From NCBI GenBank assembly GCA_963674755.2, contig CAXXVS010000002.1, positions 448,001 through 512,000 of the forward strand: a stretch of DNA of 64,000 nucleotides, written 5' to 3'. The stretch's first letter is position 1. Every line of letters begins with the position of its first letter. The notes under the pieces are model-generated. The model was given only the letters and a program-made list of their open reading frames with translations, searched no databases and had not been told where the DNA came from. Source of the DNA: Desulfobacterales bacterium (GTDB lineage Bacteria; Desulfobacterota; Desulfobacteria; Desulfobacterales; UBA5852). Below, one piece after another: positions 48,990 through 58,802 of the stretch. The position numbers and the translations under genes were made by a program.

Positions 48990-50108
48990 ATGACAATCCA
49001 ACTTTCGGTTCCTTTTTTGCCGGATTTCGCCTACACGGAGTTCCTGGCGGCACGCCGCCCTTTTCTTCATTCGGTCTATTTCAGCCTGTTCACCACACCG
49101 GCGGCCGATGCCCGCTACCGACTGGGCCCCTGGCAAGGTGGGGATCTGCGGCGCTATCTGCCTCGGCTCGGGGATATCCCCCGATACGCGTTGCTCAACA
49201 GCCGTTTTTATCATCCGGAACATTACTTCGATACCGGGTTTCAGGACCGTCTCCTCGAACGCCTGGAGGAATTGGCGGCCGCCGGTTTGCTGAACGGGTT
49301 TGTTTTCGCGGATTTTTACCTGCTCAAGGCCTTGGGGCGCCGCGGCCCTTCGGCGGTCAAACTTCTGGAAGCGGTTCCCAGCGTCAATGCCCACATCGAC
49401 ACCCTCCGCAAACTGCGCATCTGTCTGGAGATGATTGCGGACAGCGGTTTCCGGCGGCCGCAGAAATTGATTCTGGACCGGGGCCTTAACCGGCGGCCGC
49501 AGGCCCTGGCCGACATGCTGGCGGCCATTCATGCGCACCATGCCCCGATGGACGTCGGGCTGCTGGCCAACGAGGGCTGCCTGCCGGACTGCCCTTACAA
49601 GCCGGCCCACGATGCCCACCTGGCCCTCGGCAACATGCAGCTGGCGCGTGAAAACACCTATGATCTCAACGTCGATCTGGGATGCCTGGAGGCGTTTCGC
49701 GCCCGTCCGGAGCGAATCTTTCCGTCACCTTTTATCCGGCCGGAGGACGTGGACCGGCTGGATGCGGGGATTTCATTCGTCAAGCTGGGCGGACGGACGC
49801 TAGGTCCCGCCTTTTTGCAGCGGGTGATCGATGCCTATGTCCGGCGCCGCTATCATGGCAACCTGCTGGACTTGCTGGATACCCTGGAAGCCCTGGCGCC
49901 CGTCTTACACGTGGCGAATGACGCCCTGTCCGCTGATTTCCACGACCGGATGTGCGCCTGCCCGGACAATTGCGGCACGTGCGGTTATTGCCGGGGGCTG
50001 GCCCGGAAAGCGGTGCGCCGGCAGCCCCTGCAGTTGCCTGATTGGCGTCCGCAAAAGGACGCCCGCTGCGGGTGCGGCGGGCCGCGGCAGACTTCTTCCA
50101 GGGGATAA
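48990..50108 (+). CDS. Peptidase U32-like Cys-rich (probable Fe-S) protein
   Basis: LDRGLNR, LLANEGCLPDCPYK..H, FIRPEDV, VKLGGR, CACPDNCGTCGYC. Confidence 0.72.
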   Translation: MTIQLSVPFLPDFAYTEFLAARRPFLHSVYFSLFTTPAADARYRLGPWQGGDLRRYLPRLGDIPRYALLNSRFYHPEHYFDTGFQDRLLERLEELAAAGLLNGFVFADFYLLKALGRRGPSAVKLLEAVPSVNAHIDTLRKLRICLEMIADSGFRRPQKLILDRGLNRRPQALADMLAAIHAHHAPMDVGLLANEGCLPDCPYKPAHDAHLALGNMQLARENTYDLNVDLGCLEAFRARPERIFPSPFIRPEDVDRLDAGISFVKLGGRTLGPAFLQRVIDAYVRRRYHGNLLDLLDTLEALAPVLHVANDALSADFHDRMCACPDNCGTCGYCRGLARKAVRRQPLQLPDWRPQKDARCGCGGPRQTSSRG

Positions 50109-50121
50109 AAGGATTCATGCC

Positions 50122-51123
50122 GTGAAGAAAACGCGAACGGTAACCATCGGCGGGGGCAGCGGTCAGTTCGTTCTGCTCTCCGGTCTGCGGACCTCCGGCG
50201 CTTTTGCCATAACCTCGGTTGTTTCCATGGTGGACAGCGGCGGGAGTACCGGGCGCCTGCGGGGTGAATACGGCATCCTGCCGCCGGGGGACCTGCTGAA
50301 ATGCATTCTGGCCCTGTCGCCCCACCAGGAGTTTGCCCGCTATTTTCTTCTGAAACGGTTTCGTCAGGATCGGCGCCTGGAGGGCCACAACGCCGGCAAT
50401 ATGCTCCTGACCATGCTGTCCCGCTATACCGGCAGCTTTACCTCAGGGGTGCAGGCCCTGGCAGAGATCCTGGATGCCCAGGGACGCATTCTGCCCGTGA
50501 CCACGGACAAGGCCACCCTGGTGGCGGAACTTACCGACGGCAGCCGCATCTACGGCGAACAAGCCATCGACATGCCCCGCGGCACCCAGCGCGAAAAAAT
50601 CCGCGATGTCTACCTGGTCCCGCACCACAGCGACCAGGTGCGGGTCTACCCCCCGGTTATCAAGGCCATCGAGGAGGCGGAGCTCATCCTGCTGGGCCCG
50701 GGAGATCTCTTCACGAGCATCCTGCCCAACCTTATCGTGCCCGGCGTTACCGACGCCCTGCGGGCCGCCAGGGCACCGATTTATTATATTATCAACATCA
50801 TGACCAAATACGGCGAAACCCATCGCTTCCAAGCGCGGGATTTTGTGACCGAACTGGAGGATGTGCTCCAGCGCAAGCTGGACGGGATCATCGGCAACGC
50901 CACCCGGCCCGAAGCCGCCCTTTTAGCGGCCTATAAAGCGCAGAAGGCCGAGTTTGTCGTGGTGGATGCCTCAGATGACTGGTGGGGGGAGCGCCGCGTC
51001 GTAGCGGCCGATCTGCTGGATACCACCGGCGGCGTACTGCGCCACGACTCCCGAAAGCTGGCCGCCCTCATCAAGGGTATCGACCGGGAGCTGGCTTCGG
51101 GTAAGACGCCGGGGCCTCCCTGA
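50122..51123 (+). CDS. YvcK/GlmR (CofD-like) family protein
   Basis: IGGGSG, DSGGSTGRLR, PPGDL, GHNAGN, LGPGDLFTSILPNL. Confidence 0.92.
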   Translation: MKKTRTVTIGGGSGQFVLLSGLRTSGAFAITSVVSMVDSGGSTGRLRGEYGILPPGDLLKCILALSPHQEFARYFLLKRFRQDRRLEGHNAGNMLLTMLSRYTGSFTSGVQALAEILDAQGRILPVTTDKATLVAELTDGSRIYGEQAIDMPRGTQREKIRDVYLVPHHSDQVRVYPPVIKAIEEAELILLGPGDLFTSILPNLIVPGVTDALRAARAPIYYIINIMTKYGETHRFQARDFVTELEDVLQRKLDGIIGNATRPEAALLAAYKAQKAEFVVVDASDDWWGERRVVAADLLDTTGGVLRHDSRKLAALIKGIDRELASGKTPGPP

Positions 51124-51169
51124 AGGCCGGCACCTCAACGGTGGCGCCAGACCAGGGCCGTTTCGCCCC

Positions 51170-52015
51170 TTAAGCCGGGGTAAACCCGAAATCAGTGTAG
51201 ATCCGGCGGGCCGCATCGGAGCGGAGAAATTCCAGGAAGGCCCGGGCATGGTCCGGGTTGCGGCCGGTGCGGACCGGACAGGCAACATAGCACACCTCCC
51301 CACGCTGATCCAAATCCCTCCCCACCGCGATCCCTTGCAGGGGGAGGCCTTCCCGGAGGGCGTGTTCAACCTCGGTGGCCCAGACCGGCCCCACATCCGC
51401 ACGGCCTTCCATCAGCCGCTGCGGTGTCTCCCGGTGGTGGACGGTGGTCAGCCGGGTCTCCCCGGTTTGCCGCTTGTCAACCATGATGCGTTCTGCGAGG
51501 GCTTCCCCGCCGGCCTGGCGATACATACGCAGGATGTGTTCGGCAATGTCCTCGTAGCGGGGATTGGGCTGGGAGATGATGAGGCCGGCCTGGCCAAGGT
51601 CAGAAACGGACGCGATACCGCGGGGATTTCCTCGGGGCACCATCAACGTAATGCGATTGTGCAGGTAGACGAAACATTGGGACGGATCCACCAGACCGGC
51701 CGCCGCCAGCTCATCCACCGGCGTGGGAGACACCGCGGTGTAGACGTCGGGCGGGGTCGCGATGATCCGGCCGCGAAACACGGCGCCCCCCGCCAGGATC
51801 TGGTGCAGTTCGATCTTGGGCGGCAGGGTTTCGTAGAAAATGTTGCGAATGGCCGGATGACGTGAACGGAAGGCATCCATGAGATCCGGCATGGCCATAA
51901 ACTGGTTGCCGGCCATGAAAATCACCAGATCGGCGTTTTCCGCATTTCCCAGGCCTTGCAGGTCGTCGCTGCGATTATCCGGTATGACAGGCAGATCGCC
52001 GGCTTTGCGGGGCAT
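51170..52015 (-). CDS. Molybdate/sulfate-type solute-binding-fold protein without signal peptide
   Basis: FMAGNQFM, YETLPP, VPRGNPRGI, HHRETP, ADVGPVWATE, F..FLRSDAARRIY..FGF. Confidence 0.75.
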   Translation of the reverse strand: MPRKAGDLPVIPDNRSDDLQGLGNAENADLVIFMAGNQFMAMPDLMDAFRSRHPAIRNIFYETLPPKIELHQILAGGAVFRGRIIATPPDVYTAVSPTPVDELAAAGLVDPSQCFVYLHNRITLMVPRGNPRGIASVSDLGQAGLIISQPNPRYEDIAEHILRMYRQAGGEALAERIMVDKRQTGETRLTTVHHRETPQRLMEGRADVGPVWATEVEHALREGLPLQGIAVGRDLDQRGEVCYVACPVRTGRNPDHARAFLEFLRSDAARRIYTDFGFTPA

Positions 52016-52108
52016 GAAGGGGCTCCTTTCAGAAAGGGATGGTCGCTTGGCCGCTGTTCCCTTCCACGTGCGGGCTGCGTCGAGCGGTTCGGAGGCGATG
52101 CCAGCGCG

Positions 52109-52879
52109 TCAGGCTGCCCGCCCCAAGGCATACTGAACAACGAGCAGAATGGCAATTAGAAACAGGATATGGCGCAGCCAGCGGCGGTAGGTGCCGGTCT
52201 CGATCCGCCGGCGGACGGCCATGCCCAATGACAGGCCGACCAGGACGTACAGGGCCAGGGGCAGGGTGAGGCGGATTACCTGGGGGGTGAACAGTCCGGC
52301 CGCCCCGAACGTGGCGGCCTGGGACAGCTTGCCGGTCAGAAAGCAGAGATTGAAAACCTGAACCAGGGCCGTGGCCGGCAGCTGGAGTTCGAGACCATAA
52401 ATGATGAGAGCCGGTATGGCGGCATTGACGGTACCGGCCAGGAGACCCGCCAGCAGGCCGAACACCGCCATGGCGGTCCAGGGCCGCCGCTGGATCCAGG
52501 GCCAGCGCCGGCCCATGCGGTGGATGTTTAAATAAATCAGGAGAACGATAGCCATCAGAAGCTTGTAGGGCGCCGGCGATGTGGCGATGAGCAGGCGTGT
52601 GCCGGCCACACTTCCCAAGGCGACGAAAAGGGCCAGGGGCCAATAGCGACCGATGGATTGGCGCCAACCGCCGCCCTGCAGGATGCTGACGACGTTGATG
52701 GTCATGGTGGGGATCAGCAGCAGGAGCATGGCCGTGCGGACGTCGGTGAACAGGGCGATCAGGGGGGTGGACACCAAGGGAAACCCGATACCCAGAAGAC
52801 CGTGGATGATGCTGGCAGCGCCTATAATGACGAGAACGATCAGCAGGTGATCCGACAGCAGCAGGTCGATGATGGCCAT
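52109..52879 (-). CDS. TauE/SafE sulfite exporter family protein
   Basis: GLLGIGFPLVSTP, GLLAGLLAG; about 8 TM helices. Confidence 0.85.
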   Translation of the reverse strand: MAIIDLLLSDHLLIVLVIIGAASIIHGLLGIGFPLVSTPLIALFTDVRTAMLLLLIPTMTINVVSILQGGGWRQSIGRYWPLALFVALGSVAGTRLLIATSPAPYKLLMAIVLLIYLNIHRMGRRWPWIQRRPWTAMAVFGLLAGLLAGTVNAAIPALIIYGLELQLPATALVQVFNLCFLTGKLSQAATFGAAGLFTPQVIRLTLPLALYVLVGLSLGMAVRRRIETGTYRRWLRHILFLIAILLVVQYALGRAA

Positions 52880-52919
52880 AGGGGTTTTCCCGGAGGTGGT
52901 GTCCCTGTCAGGCGACCGG

Positions 52920-53819
52920 CTAAGACGCGGCAATGCCGACAGACCATAAAACGCTGAACCAGAGGGCCAGCATGGCGGTGGCGCCGAGGCGCAAGTTGAG
53001 GGCCGCCCCACGTTCATGATAAAGGCGCCGGATGCCGTGGATGCCCATGGGCAGTGTTAAAAGGGGTAGTAAAATCGGACCTGTCCCGGCGCCGCTAGCC
53101 AACAGAACCGGTGGCAGGGCATAGGCGGCCAGCACCAGAGCGGCAAATTCCAGGCGGGTCCAGCGGGGTCCGATCTTGACCGCCAGGGTATGTTTGCCGG
53201 TTTCCTCGTCGGTTTCCCGGTCCCGCAGGTTGTTGACCACCAGAATGGCCGTGATCAGCAGTCCCGGCGGGATGGCCCACAGGACCACGGTTCCGGTCAG
53301 GGTAAGGGCTTGCACATAGTAAGTGCCGCAGACCGCCACCGGGCCGAAGAACAGGAAGACACAAAGATCCCCCAGGCCATGGGAGGCAAGCGGATAAGGC
53401 CCGCCGCTATACCCCAGCACACCGGCCATGGACGCCAGGCCGATGGCGACCACCGGCCAGCCTCCGACAGAGGCCAGGTAGAGGCCGCAAAGGCTCGCCA
53501 GAGCCAGTGTCAGCCACATGGCGCCCAAAACCTGCGCTGGGGCAATAAGGCCGCTTTGGGTGGCCCGGACCGGCCCCAGCCGCCGGTTCGTATCGATACC
53601 ACGGCAGCCGTCGAAGTAGTCGTTGGCAAGGTTCACGGCGATTTGCAGCAGCAGGGCACCGGCCATGGCGCTCAGGGCCGGCAGGGGCTTCAAGCGCCCA
53701 TTCCCCGCAGCGGCGGCCGTCCCCACCAGGACGGGTGCGACAGCGGCCGGCAAGGTGCGGGGGCGCATTGCCAGGCACCAGGTTCGGACGCGGTTGGCCG
53801 CGCCGGCCGGCAATGTCAT
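52920..53819 (-). CDS. menA: 1,4-dihydroxy-2-naphthoate polyprenyltransferase
   Basis: [15 protein letters not shown]...[25 protein letters not shown]. Confidence 0.94.
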   Translation of the reverse strand: MTLPAGAANRVRTWCLAMRPRTLPAAVAPVLVGTAAAAGNGRLKPLPALSAMAGALLLQIAVNLANDYFDGCRGIDTNRRLGPVRATQSGLIAPAQVLGAMWLTLALASLCGLYLASVGGWPVVAIGLASMAGVLGYSGGPYPLASHGLGDLCVFLFFGPVAVCGTYYVQALTLTGTVVLWAIPPGLLITAILVVNNLRDRETDEETGKHTLAVKIGPRWTRLEFAALVLAAYALPPVLLASGAGTGPILLPLLTLPMGIHGIRRLYHERGAALNLRLGATAMLALWFSVLWSVGIAAS

Positions 53820-54532
53820 GGCCCTGCCTTCACAGGTTTGGTCCCCTGCAGGATTACCACGGTGCCCAGCATGAAACGCCGATAGCGGACGTCGCTCATT
53901 CCCGCCTGTTGCATGATGCCCTGCAGTTCATGGGGCGTATGAAAATGCTGCGTGGATTCCGGCAGGTAGCGGTAGGCATAGCGGTCACCACTGATCAGGC
54001 GGCCGGCCAGCGGGATCACGAACCGCAGATAGGCCCTGACAGCGGGCTGAAGCAGACCGGGCGGCGGGGGTGAGGTATCCAGGCAGACCACGCGGCCGCC
54101 GGGCCGCAGAACGCGCATCTGTTCTTTGAAGGCTTGCCGGATGTCGACCACGTTGCGGATCAGATAGCCCGAGGTGACGGCATCGAAGCTGGCCTCCCGA
54201 AAAGGAAGGGCCAGGGCGTCGGCTGCGCACCACCGGATGGCCCGCTCGGCATGGCGCGACCGACCGGCGGTCATCATGGCCAAAGTGAAATCCGCCGCCA
54301 CAGCCGTCAGGGTGGGATCCCGGTCCAGGGCGGCGCAGACAATGCCCCCGGTGCCGGCGCCGATGTCCAGCAGCCGGCCGCCGGCCGGCAGGGACGTCCG
54401 GCGAACCGCCTCCCGCTGCCAGGCCAAGTCCCGGCCGAAGGTCATCAGGTGATTCATCAGGTCATAACGCCCGGCAATCCGGCCGAACATGGCTTTGACG
54501 ATGCCCGCCTTAGCGGTTTTTTCCGGCAACAT
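53816..54532 (-). CDS. menG: Demethylmenaquinone methyltransferase (UbiE/MenG)
   Basis: MFGRIAGRYDLMNHLMTFG, LDIGAGTG, DALALPF, AYRYLPES. Confidence 0.9.
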   Translation of the reverse strand: MLPEKTAKAGIVKAMFGRIAGRYDLMNHLMTFGRDLAWQREAVRRTSLPAGGRLLDIGAGTGGIVCAALDRDPTLTAVAADFTLAMMTAGRSRHAERAIRWCAADALALPFREASFDAVTSGYLIRNVVDIRQAFKEQMRVLRPGGRVVCLDTSPPPPGLLQPAVRAYLRFVIPLAGRLISGDRYAYRYLPESTQHFHTPHELQGIMQQAGMSDVRYRRFMLGTVVILQGTKPVKAGP

Positions 54533-54633
54533 CCCGTCTACCCGTCACCTTCATCTTCTATTCCCATAGCGCAAACGGGGCGCGCCCGGTGCTGACACGC
54601 TGGGCCGCCCGGAGGCGGATATCGATCGAATAC

Positions 54634-54656
54634 AAAAAAGCAGCCGTTTCGGCAGC
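54634..54656 (-). terminator. Intrinsic terminator after the coiled-coil protein gene
   Basis: GCTGCCG-AAA-CGGCTGC followed by T6 on the minus strand (one mismatch). Confidence 0.6.
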
Positions 54657-54658
54657 GA

Positions 54659-55840
54659 TCAGGCGTTGTGAAAAAACGGTCGGGGTACTTCGACGACAAC
54701 CGGAAATAGCGGGCTGATGTCAGGTCCCACCGCACTGATACCTTCCGGGTTTTCGGTGATCTGCGCCAGTTGCCGATAGGGGTAGCTGACCACATGTTTG
54801 CTGATCGGATAGAATACCTGGAAATGATCCTGGTTGACGGAGATCAGTTTGACATTCTGAATTTCGGAAGGATTGCCGTAAGAGATACCGATCATTTGAC
54901 CGGTATAGGGCGCGAGCCGGATGGACAGGATATTGGCTGATCGGAAGTCGGGTGTGCTGACGGGCATCTGGAGAAGTTCGGATGTTTCCGCGTCGTTTGG
55001 ATCGCTATCGATGATCTGTTGCCCCTCTCCCTGGCGGCGTTCCTCCGCGGCACGGGCCTCTTCTTCCTGCCGGCGTTCGAGTTCCTCAGCCTGACGGGCC
55101 TCCTCTTCCTGTTGTTGGCGCAGGGCCTCGGCCTTTTCGGCTTCTTCCTTTTGGCGGCGTTCCTCCTCGGCGCGGGCCTCTTCTTCCTGGCGGCGTTTGA
55201 GCTCCTCAGCCTGGCGGGCTTCCTCCTCCTGCTGGATGCGCAGGGCTTCGGCCTTTTCGGCTTCTTCCTTCTGGCGGCGTTCCTCGGCGACGCGGGCCTT
55301 TTCTTCCTGGCGGCGTTTGCGCTCCTCGGCCTGGCGGGCTTCCTCCTCCTGCTGGATGCGCAGGGCTTCCGCCTTTTCGGCTTCTTCCTTTTGGCGGCGT
55401 TCCTGCTCGGCGCGGGCCTCTTCTTCCTGGCGGCGTTTGAGCTCCTCAGCCTGGCGGATTTCCTCTTCCTGTTGTTGGCGCAAGGCTTCCGCCTTTTCCT
55501 CTTCTTCTATGCGGCGGCGTTCTTCCTCAGCCTTTTCAAGCTCTTCCTTCTGGCGTTTCAGAATGTCGGCGCGTTTTTGCGCTTCTTTTTGCCGTTCGGC
55601 TTCCTGGCGGGCCTCTTCTTCCTGTCGGCGTTTGAGCTCCTCGGCCTGACGGGCTTCCTCCTCCTGCTGTTTAAGCAGGGCCTCCGCCTTTTCCTGCTCC
55701 TCGATGTGACGCCGTAGCGCTTCCGCTTTTTCGAGCTCTTCGTAGTATTTCGAAAAGTTGATGCCGCACTGGGAGCATTCTTCAGCCAGAAAATTGTTGG
55801 CGTGGCTACAATTGGGGCAGGTGATGGTTTTAACTTTCAT
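54659..55840 (-). CDS. Zn-ribbon protein with long E/R/K/Q/A-rich helical repeat and small C-terminal beta domain
   Basis: CPNC...CSQC N-terminus; repeated AEALR.QQEEEARQAEELKRRQEEEAR; globular C-terminus. Confidence 0.8.
   Translation of the reverse strand: MKVKTITCPNCSHANNFLAEECSQCGINFSKYYEELEKAEALRRHIEEQEKAEALLKQQEEEARQAEELKRRQEEEARQEAERQKEAQKRADILKRQKEELEKAEEERRRIEEEEKAEALRQQQEEEIRQAEELKRRQEEEARAEQERRQKEEAEKAEALRIQQEEEARQAEERKRRQEEKARVAEERRQKEEAEKAEALRIQQEEEARQAEELKRRQEEEARAEEERRQKEEAEKAEALRQQQEEEARQAEELERRQEEEARAAEERRQGEGQQIIDSDPNDAETSELLQMPVSTPDFRSANILSIRLAPYTGQMIGISYGNPSEIQNVKLISVNQDHFQVFYPISKHVVSYPYRQLAQITENPEGISAVGPDISPLFPVVVEVPRPFFHNA
55033..55530. repeat. About four copies of a 120-bp (40-aa) tandem coding repeat
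   Basis: Near-identical sequence at 55141, 55261, 55381 and 55501 (period 120). Confidence 0.9.
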
Positions 55841-56192
55841 TGCGCGTTAACCCCTTTCGCTCAGGATCCAAGGCGTTGTGTTGCCGGTCAGGCTCCACAA
55901 ATCGTTGAATCCCGCCTTGTCGGCGTGAAACAGTCGCTTTTCGCTCCGGACATGGCCATACCCGTGCCAGAGCTTCGGGTGATTGTCCCGAAAAAGAAAT
56001 CCCCCGCATGAAAACAGCGGCGGTTATTGTAAATGGTAAATATTAGTATAGAAAAATCCTCCCGAGTGTCAAACAAAAACCGGATGCGCATGGGCTTGAA
56101 GACGTTGCCGGACCGTTCCATGGCGCTAATGGTGAAGATGCGTTGCCCCTCCCTGAATCGCATCTTTCAGCTCCGGTCGGCGGTCTTTTCAA

Positions 56193-56221
56193 TTGACAGG
56201 TTGTGCGACGGTTTTTATATT
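56193..56221 (+). promoter_or_regulatory. Sigma70-type promoter for hslO
   Basis: TTGACA-N17-TATATT; a divergent TTGACA-N16-TATACT lies on the minus strand at 56045-56072. Confidence 0.65.
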
Positions 56222-56300
56222 CGCGACCTGATCTTCGTATGCATGAGGATGCCGCGCTGTTATTAAAGATGGAGACGATCGCGACAGGAAATGGGGTTCG

Positions 56301-57242
56301 ATGGAAAAGAAGCCGTTGAAGGGTGAGGACTTGAAAGAACGACTGAAGGCGGCGGCCCGGGATCGCCTGCATCGTTTCCTGTTGTCGGACGGAGAAGTAC
56401 GGGGCGCCCTGGTCAACGGGACGCGCGTGGTTCGCGAAATGCGGGCCAATCATGATCTGGGTGTCCTGGAGACCCTGATCCTGGGGCATGCCTATCTCGG
56501 CGGACTGCTGGTGGCGTCCACCCTAAAGGGAAAGGATCGGGTGGTGCTGCAGATCGAATGCTCCGGCCCGGTGGGCGGGCTGGTGGTGGAAGCCAATGCC
56601 TGCGGCGAAGTTCGGGGATATTTGAAAAACGTTCCCATCCCGGTGGACAAACCGTTGCAGGATTCCAATCTAGCGCCCTTTTTCGGGGCCGGTTTCCTCA
56701 GTTTGACACGCTACCTGGAGGACGCCAAGCAGCCGTTTACAGGAAAGGTGGCCCTGCGCCACGGGCGCCTGGCGCAAGACCTGGCGCACTACTATCTCAC
56801 CTCTGAGCAGATTCCGACCGCCTTCAATCTCAGTATCAAATTTACGCCCGAAGGCGAAGTGGCCGGGGCCGGGGGGCTTTTTCTGCAGGTCATGCCGGAT
56901 GCAAGCGAAGCCACTGCGGCCCGCCTGGAAGAGATTGTTTACCGGCTGCCGTCCCTTGGCGAGCTGTGCGCTGATCGAGGGGATATCGCCCATTTCCTGC
57001 AGGCCCACTTCGGGCCCCTGAATCCCGTGCTCCTCGACCAACCCCGGGTCGAATTCTTTTGCCGCTGCCGTCGCGAACAGGTGGCCCGCCTGCTGGGCAC
57101 GCTGCCCATGGATGAATTGCAGGATATCTGTGACAACGGGCCTTTCCCGGTGGAGCTGCGCTGCCACAATTGCAACACGGTATACCACTTCAGTCGTGAA
57201 GACGTGGCAACGCTTCACCGGCAAAGAAGCGGCCAGGGATGA
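56301..57242 (+). CDS. hslO: Hsp33 redox-regulated chaperone
   Basis: GEVRGY, YYLTSEQIPT, AGGLFLQVMP, C-terminal CRC...CHNC zinc motif. Confidence 0.94.
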   Translation: MEKKPLKGEDLKERLKAAARDRLHRFLLSDGEVRGALVNGTRVVREMRANHDLGVLETLILGHAYLGGLLVASTLKGKDRVVLQIECSGPVGGLVVEANACGEVRGYLKNVPIPVDKPLQDSNLAPFFGAGFLSLTRYLEDAKQPFTGKVALRHGRLAQDLAHYYLTSEQIPTAFNLSIKFTPEGEVAGAGGLFLQVMPDASEATAARLEEIVYRLPSLGELCADRGDIAHFLQAHFGPLNPVLLDQPRVEFFCRCRREQVARLLGTLPMDELQDICDNGPFPVELRCHNCNTVYHFSREDVATLHRQRSGQG

Positions 57243-57356
57243 CGAGACGGCGTGTGATGCGCTCCTTGCGATCTGTTTGGCAAGGGAGCACCTGGCCCGT
57301 CCCATCGAGGGCCAATCGTTGCGTTGCTGCTCCGGTCCGGCGGTTGGCGTGGGCGG

Positions 57357-57569
57357 CTAGTTGATCCCCTTGCTGATCAGAACGCCGATGCAGGTTGCCA
57401 GGTAAACGGCCACGATCACCACCATCCAGTCCTTGAAGGACAGCTCGTTGGTGAAGGACTTGAGCTTCAACTTGAGGTAATGGCGGAATTTGATTTTATC
57501 GTTGGCCTCTTCGGCTTTTTGGAGCCCTTCTTCGAGACGGTTCAGTCGATGTTCGAGATCATGAAGCAT
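57357..57569 (-). CDS. Small hypothetical coiled-coil protein with C-terminal TM helix
   Basis: AGGAG RBS; LEHRLNRLEEGL; hydrophobic WMVVIVAVYLATCIGVLI. Confidence 0.65.
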   Translation of the reverse strand: MLHDLEHRLNRLEEGLQKAEEANDKIKFRHYLKLKLKSFTNELSFKDWMVVIVAVYLATCIGVLISKGIN

Positions 57570-57881
57570 TGTTTTTCTCCTGCGGTTGATTCAGAATAGA
57601 AGCCTTGGGCCGGCTCCGATTTGCATTGGCATTGTTTTCCCGCCCTGCGGTGCAACAGGGATTCCTGTAGTGCGGCAGGGCGGCGATTGCCGCACCGGCG
57701 CAAACGAGGGGGATTTTGGAATAACCTTATGAAATTGTATGAAATAATATTAATTATGCAAGGGCCGGTAACGCCCTTGTCTATACCGGAAGACGCTTCT
57801 GGTGTCAATTCATTTGGCGGCTGTCTGCAGGGGTAGCGAGCCGTTTGCGGCCGGGTTTCGCCGCCGAAGGATACAGCGTCC

Positions 57882-58700
57882 ATGATTCGCGATTTTATCC
57901 CCAAACGTGATTTTCATCTGTCAGCCGACCCGCCGTGGCGGGTACTGGTATTCCACCAGGACCGCCTCGTCATCCGGGAGCAGAAGGGTGAGGCCGTGCT
58001 TCCGCATCCCGCAGAGCTGGCGGGTCTTATACCGGATGAGCGCTTGGGGCTGGGGCGGATCAATGACCGCGCTTACAGCGGCTGGGCCCTGCTGCAGCGA
58101 CCGGATTTGCCGGACGGTCTGCGCTTGGAAAGCCTGCGGACCCTGTTCGGGCGCCTTGACGAAGCCGAATTCCAGCTGGCCGGTTATGCCATGCAGCTCC
58201 TCAACTGGGTCGCGGACAACCGCTATTGCGGCCGCTGCGGTCGCGCTATGGCACTGGAGCAGGGGGATCGTGCCCTGGTTTGCGCCGCCTGTCGCAGCAC
58301 GATTTATCCCCGTATTTCACCGGCCATCATCGTGGCCGTGATCTCCGGCGACCGTCTATTGCTGGCCCACTCCGGGCGTTTTCCGGGACGTCGCCTGTTC
58401 AGCGTGATCGCCGGCTATGTCGAACCGGGGGAAACCCTGGAGGACTGCGTGCGGCGGGAAGTTCGTGAAGAAGTGGGCCTGGAGGTGCGGCGCATCCGGT
58501 ATTTCGGCAGCCAGGCCTGGCCGTTCAGCGGATCCCTGATGGTCGGTTTCACCGCAGAGCACGCCGGCGGCGAGATCCGGGTGGATGGGCGCGAGATTCT
58601 GGAAGCCGACTGGTTCCCACCCGACCGCCTGCCCGAGATTCCAGGCAAGATCAGTATCGCGCGCCAGTTGATCGATTGGTTTGTGGGGCAGCACCGCTGA
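57882..58700 (+). CDS. nudC: NAD+ diphosphatase
   Basis: YCGRCG...CAAC..YPRISPA, AGYVEPGETLEDCVRREVREEVG, SQAWPF. Confidence 0.95.
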   Translation: MIRDFIPKRDFHLSADPPWRVLVFHQDRLVIREQKGEAVLPHPAELAGLIPDERLGLGRINDRAYSGWALLQRPDLPDGLRLESLRTLFGRLDEAEFQLAGYAMQLLNWVADNRYCGRCGRAMALEQGDRALVCAACRSTIYPRISPAIIVAVISGDRLLLAHSGRFPGRRLFSVIAGYVEPGETLEDCVRREVREEVGLEVRRIRYFGSQAWPFSGSLMVGFTAEHAGGEIRVDGREILEADWFPPDRLPEIPGKISIARQLIDWFVGQHR

Positions 58701-58802
58701 GGGATTCCCACATCACCGGTGGGGCGGATATGTGGACATGCTTTTCCGGCCCTGGTCCTGTAAGGCGTGATAGGGTCAACCAAAGGGCAGCATACCGGAA
58801 AG

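Noticed and set aside
55033..55530. Periodic repeats as a possible CRISPR array
   Set aside because: Contiguous in-frame 120-bp coding repeats without unique spacers; no cas genes.
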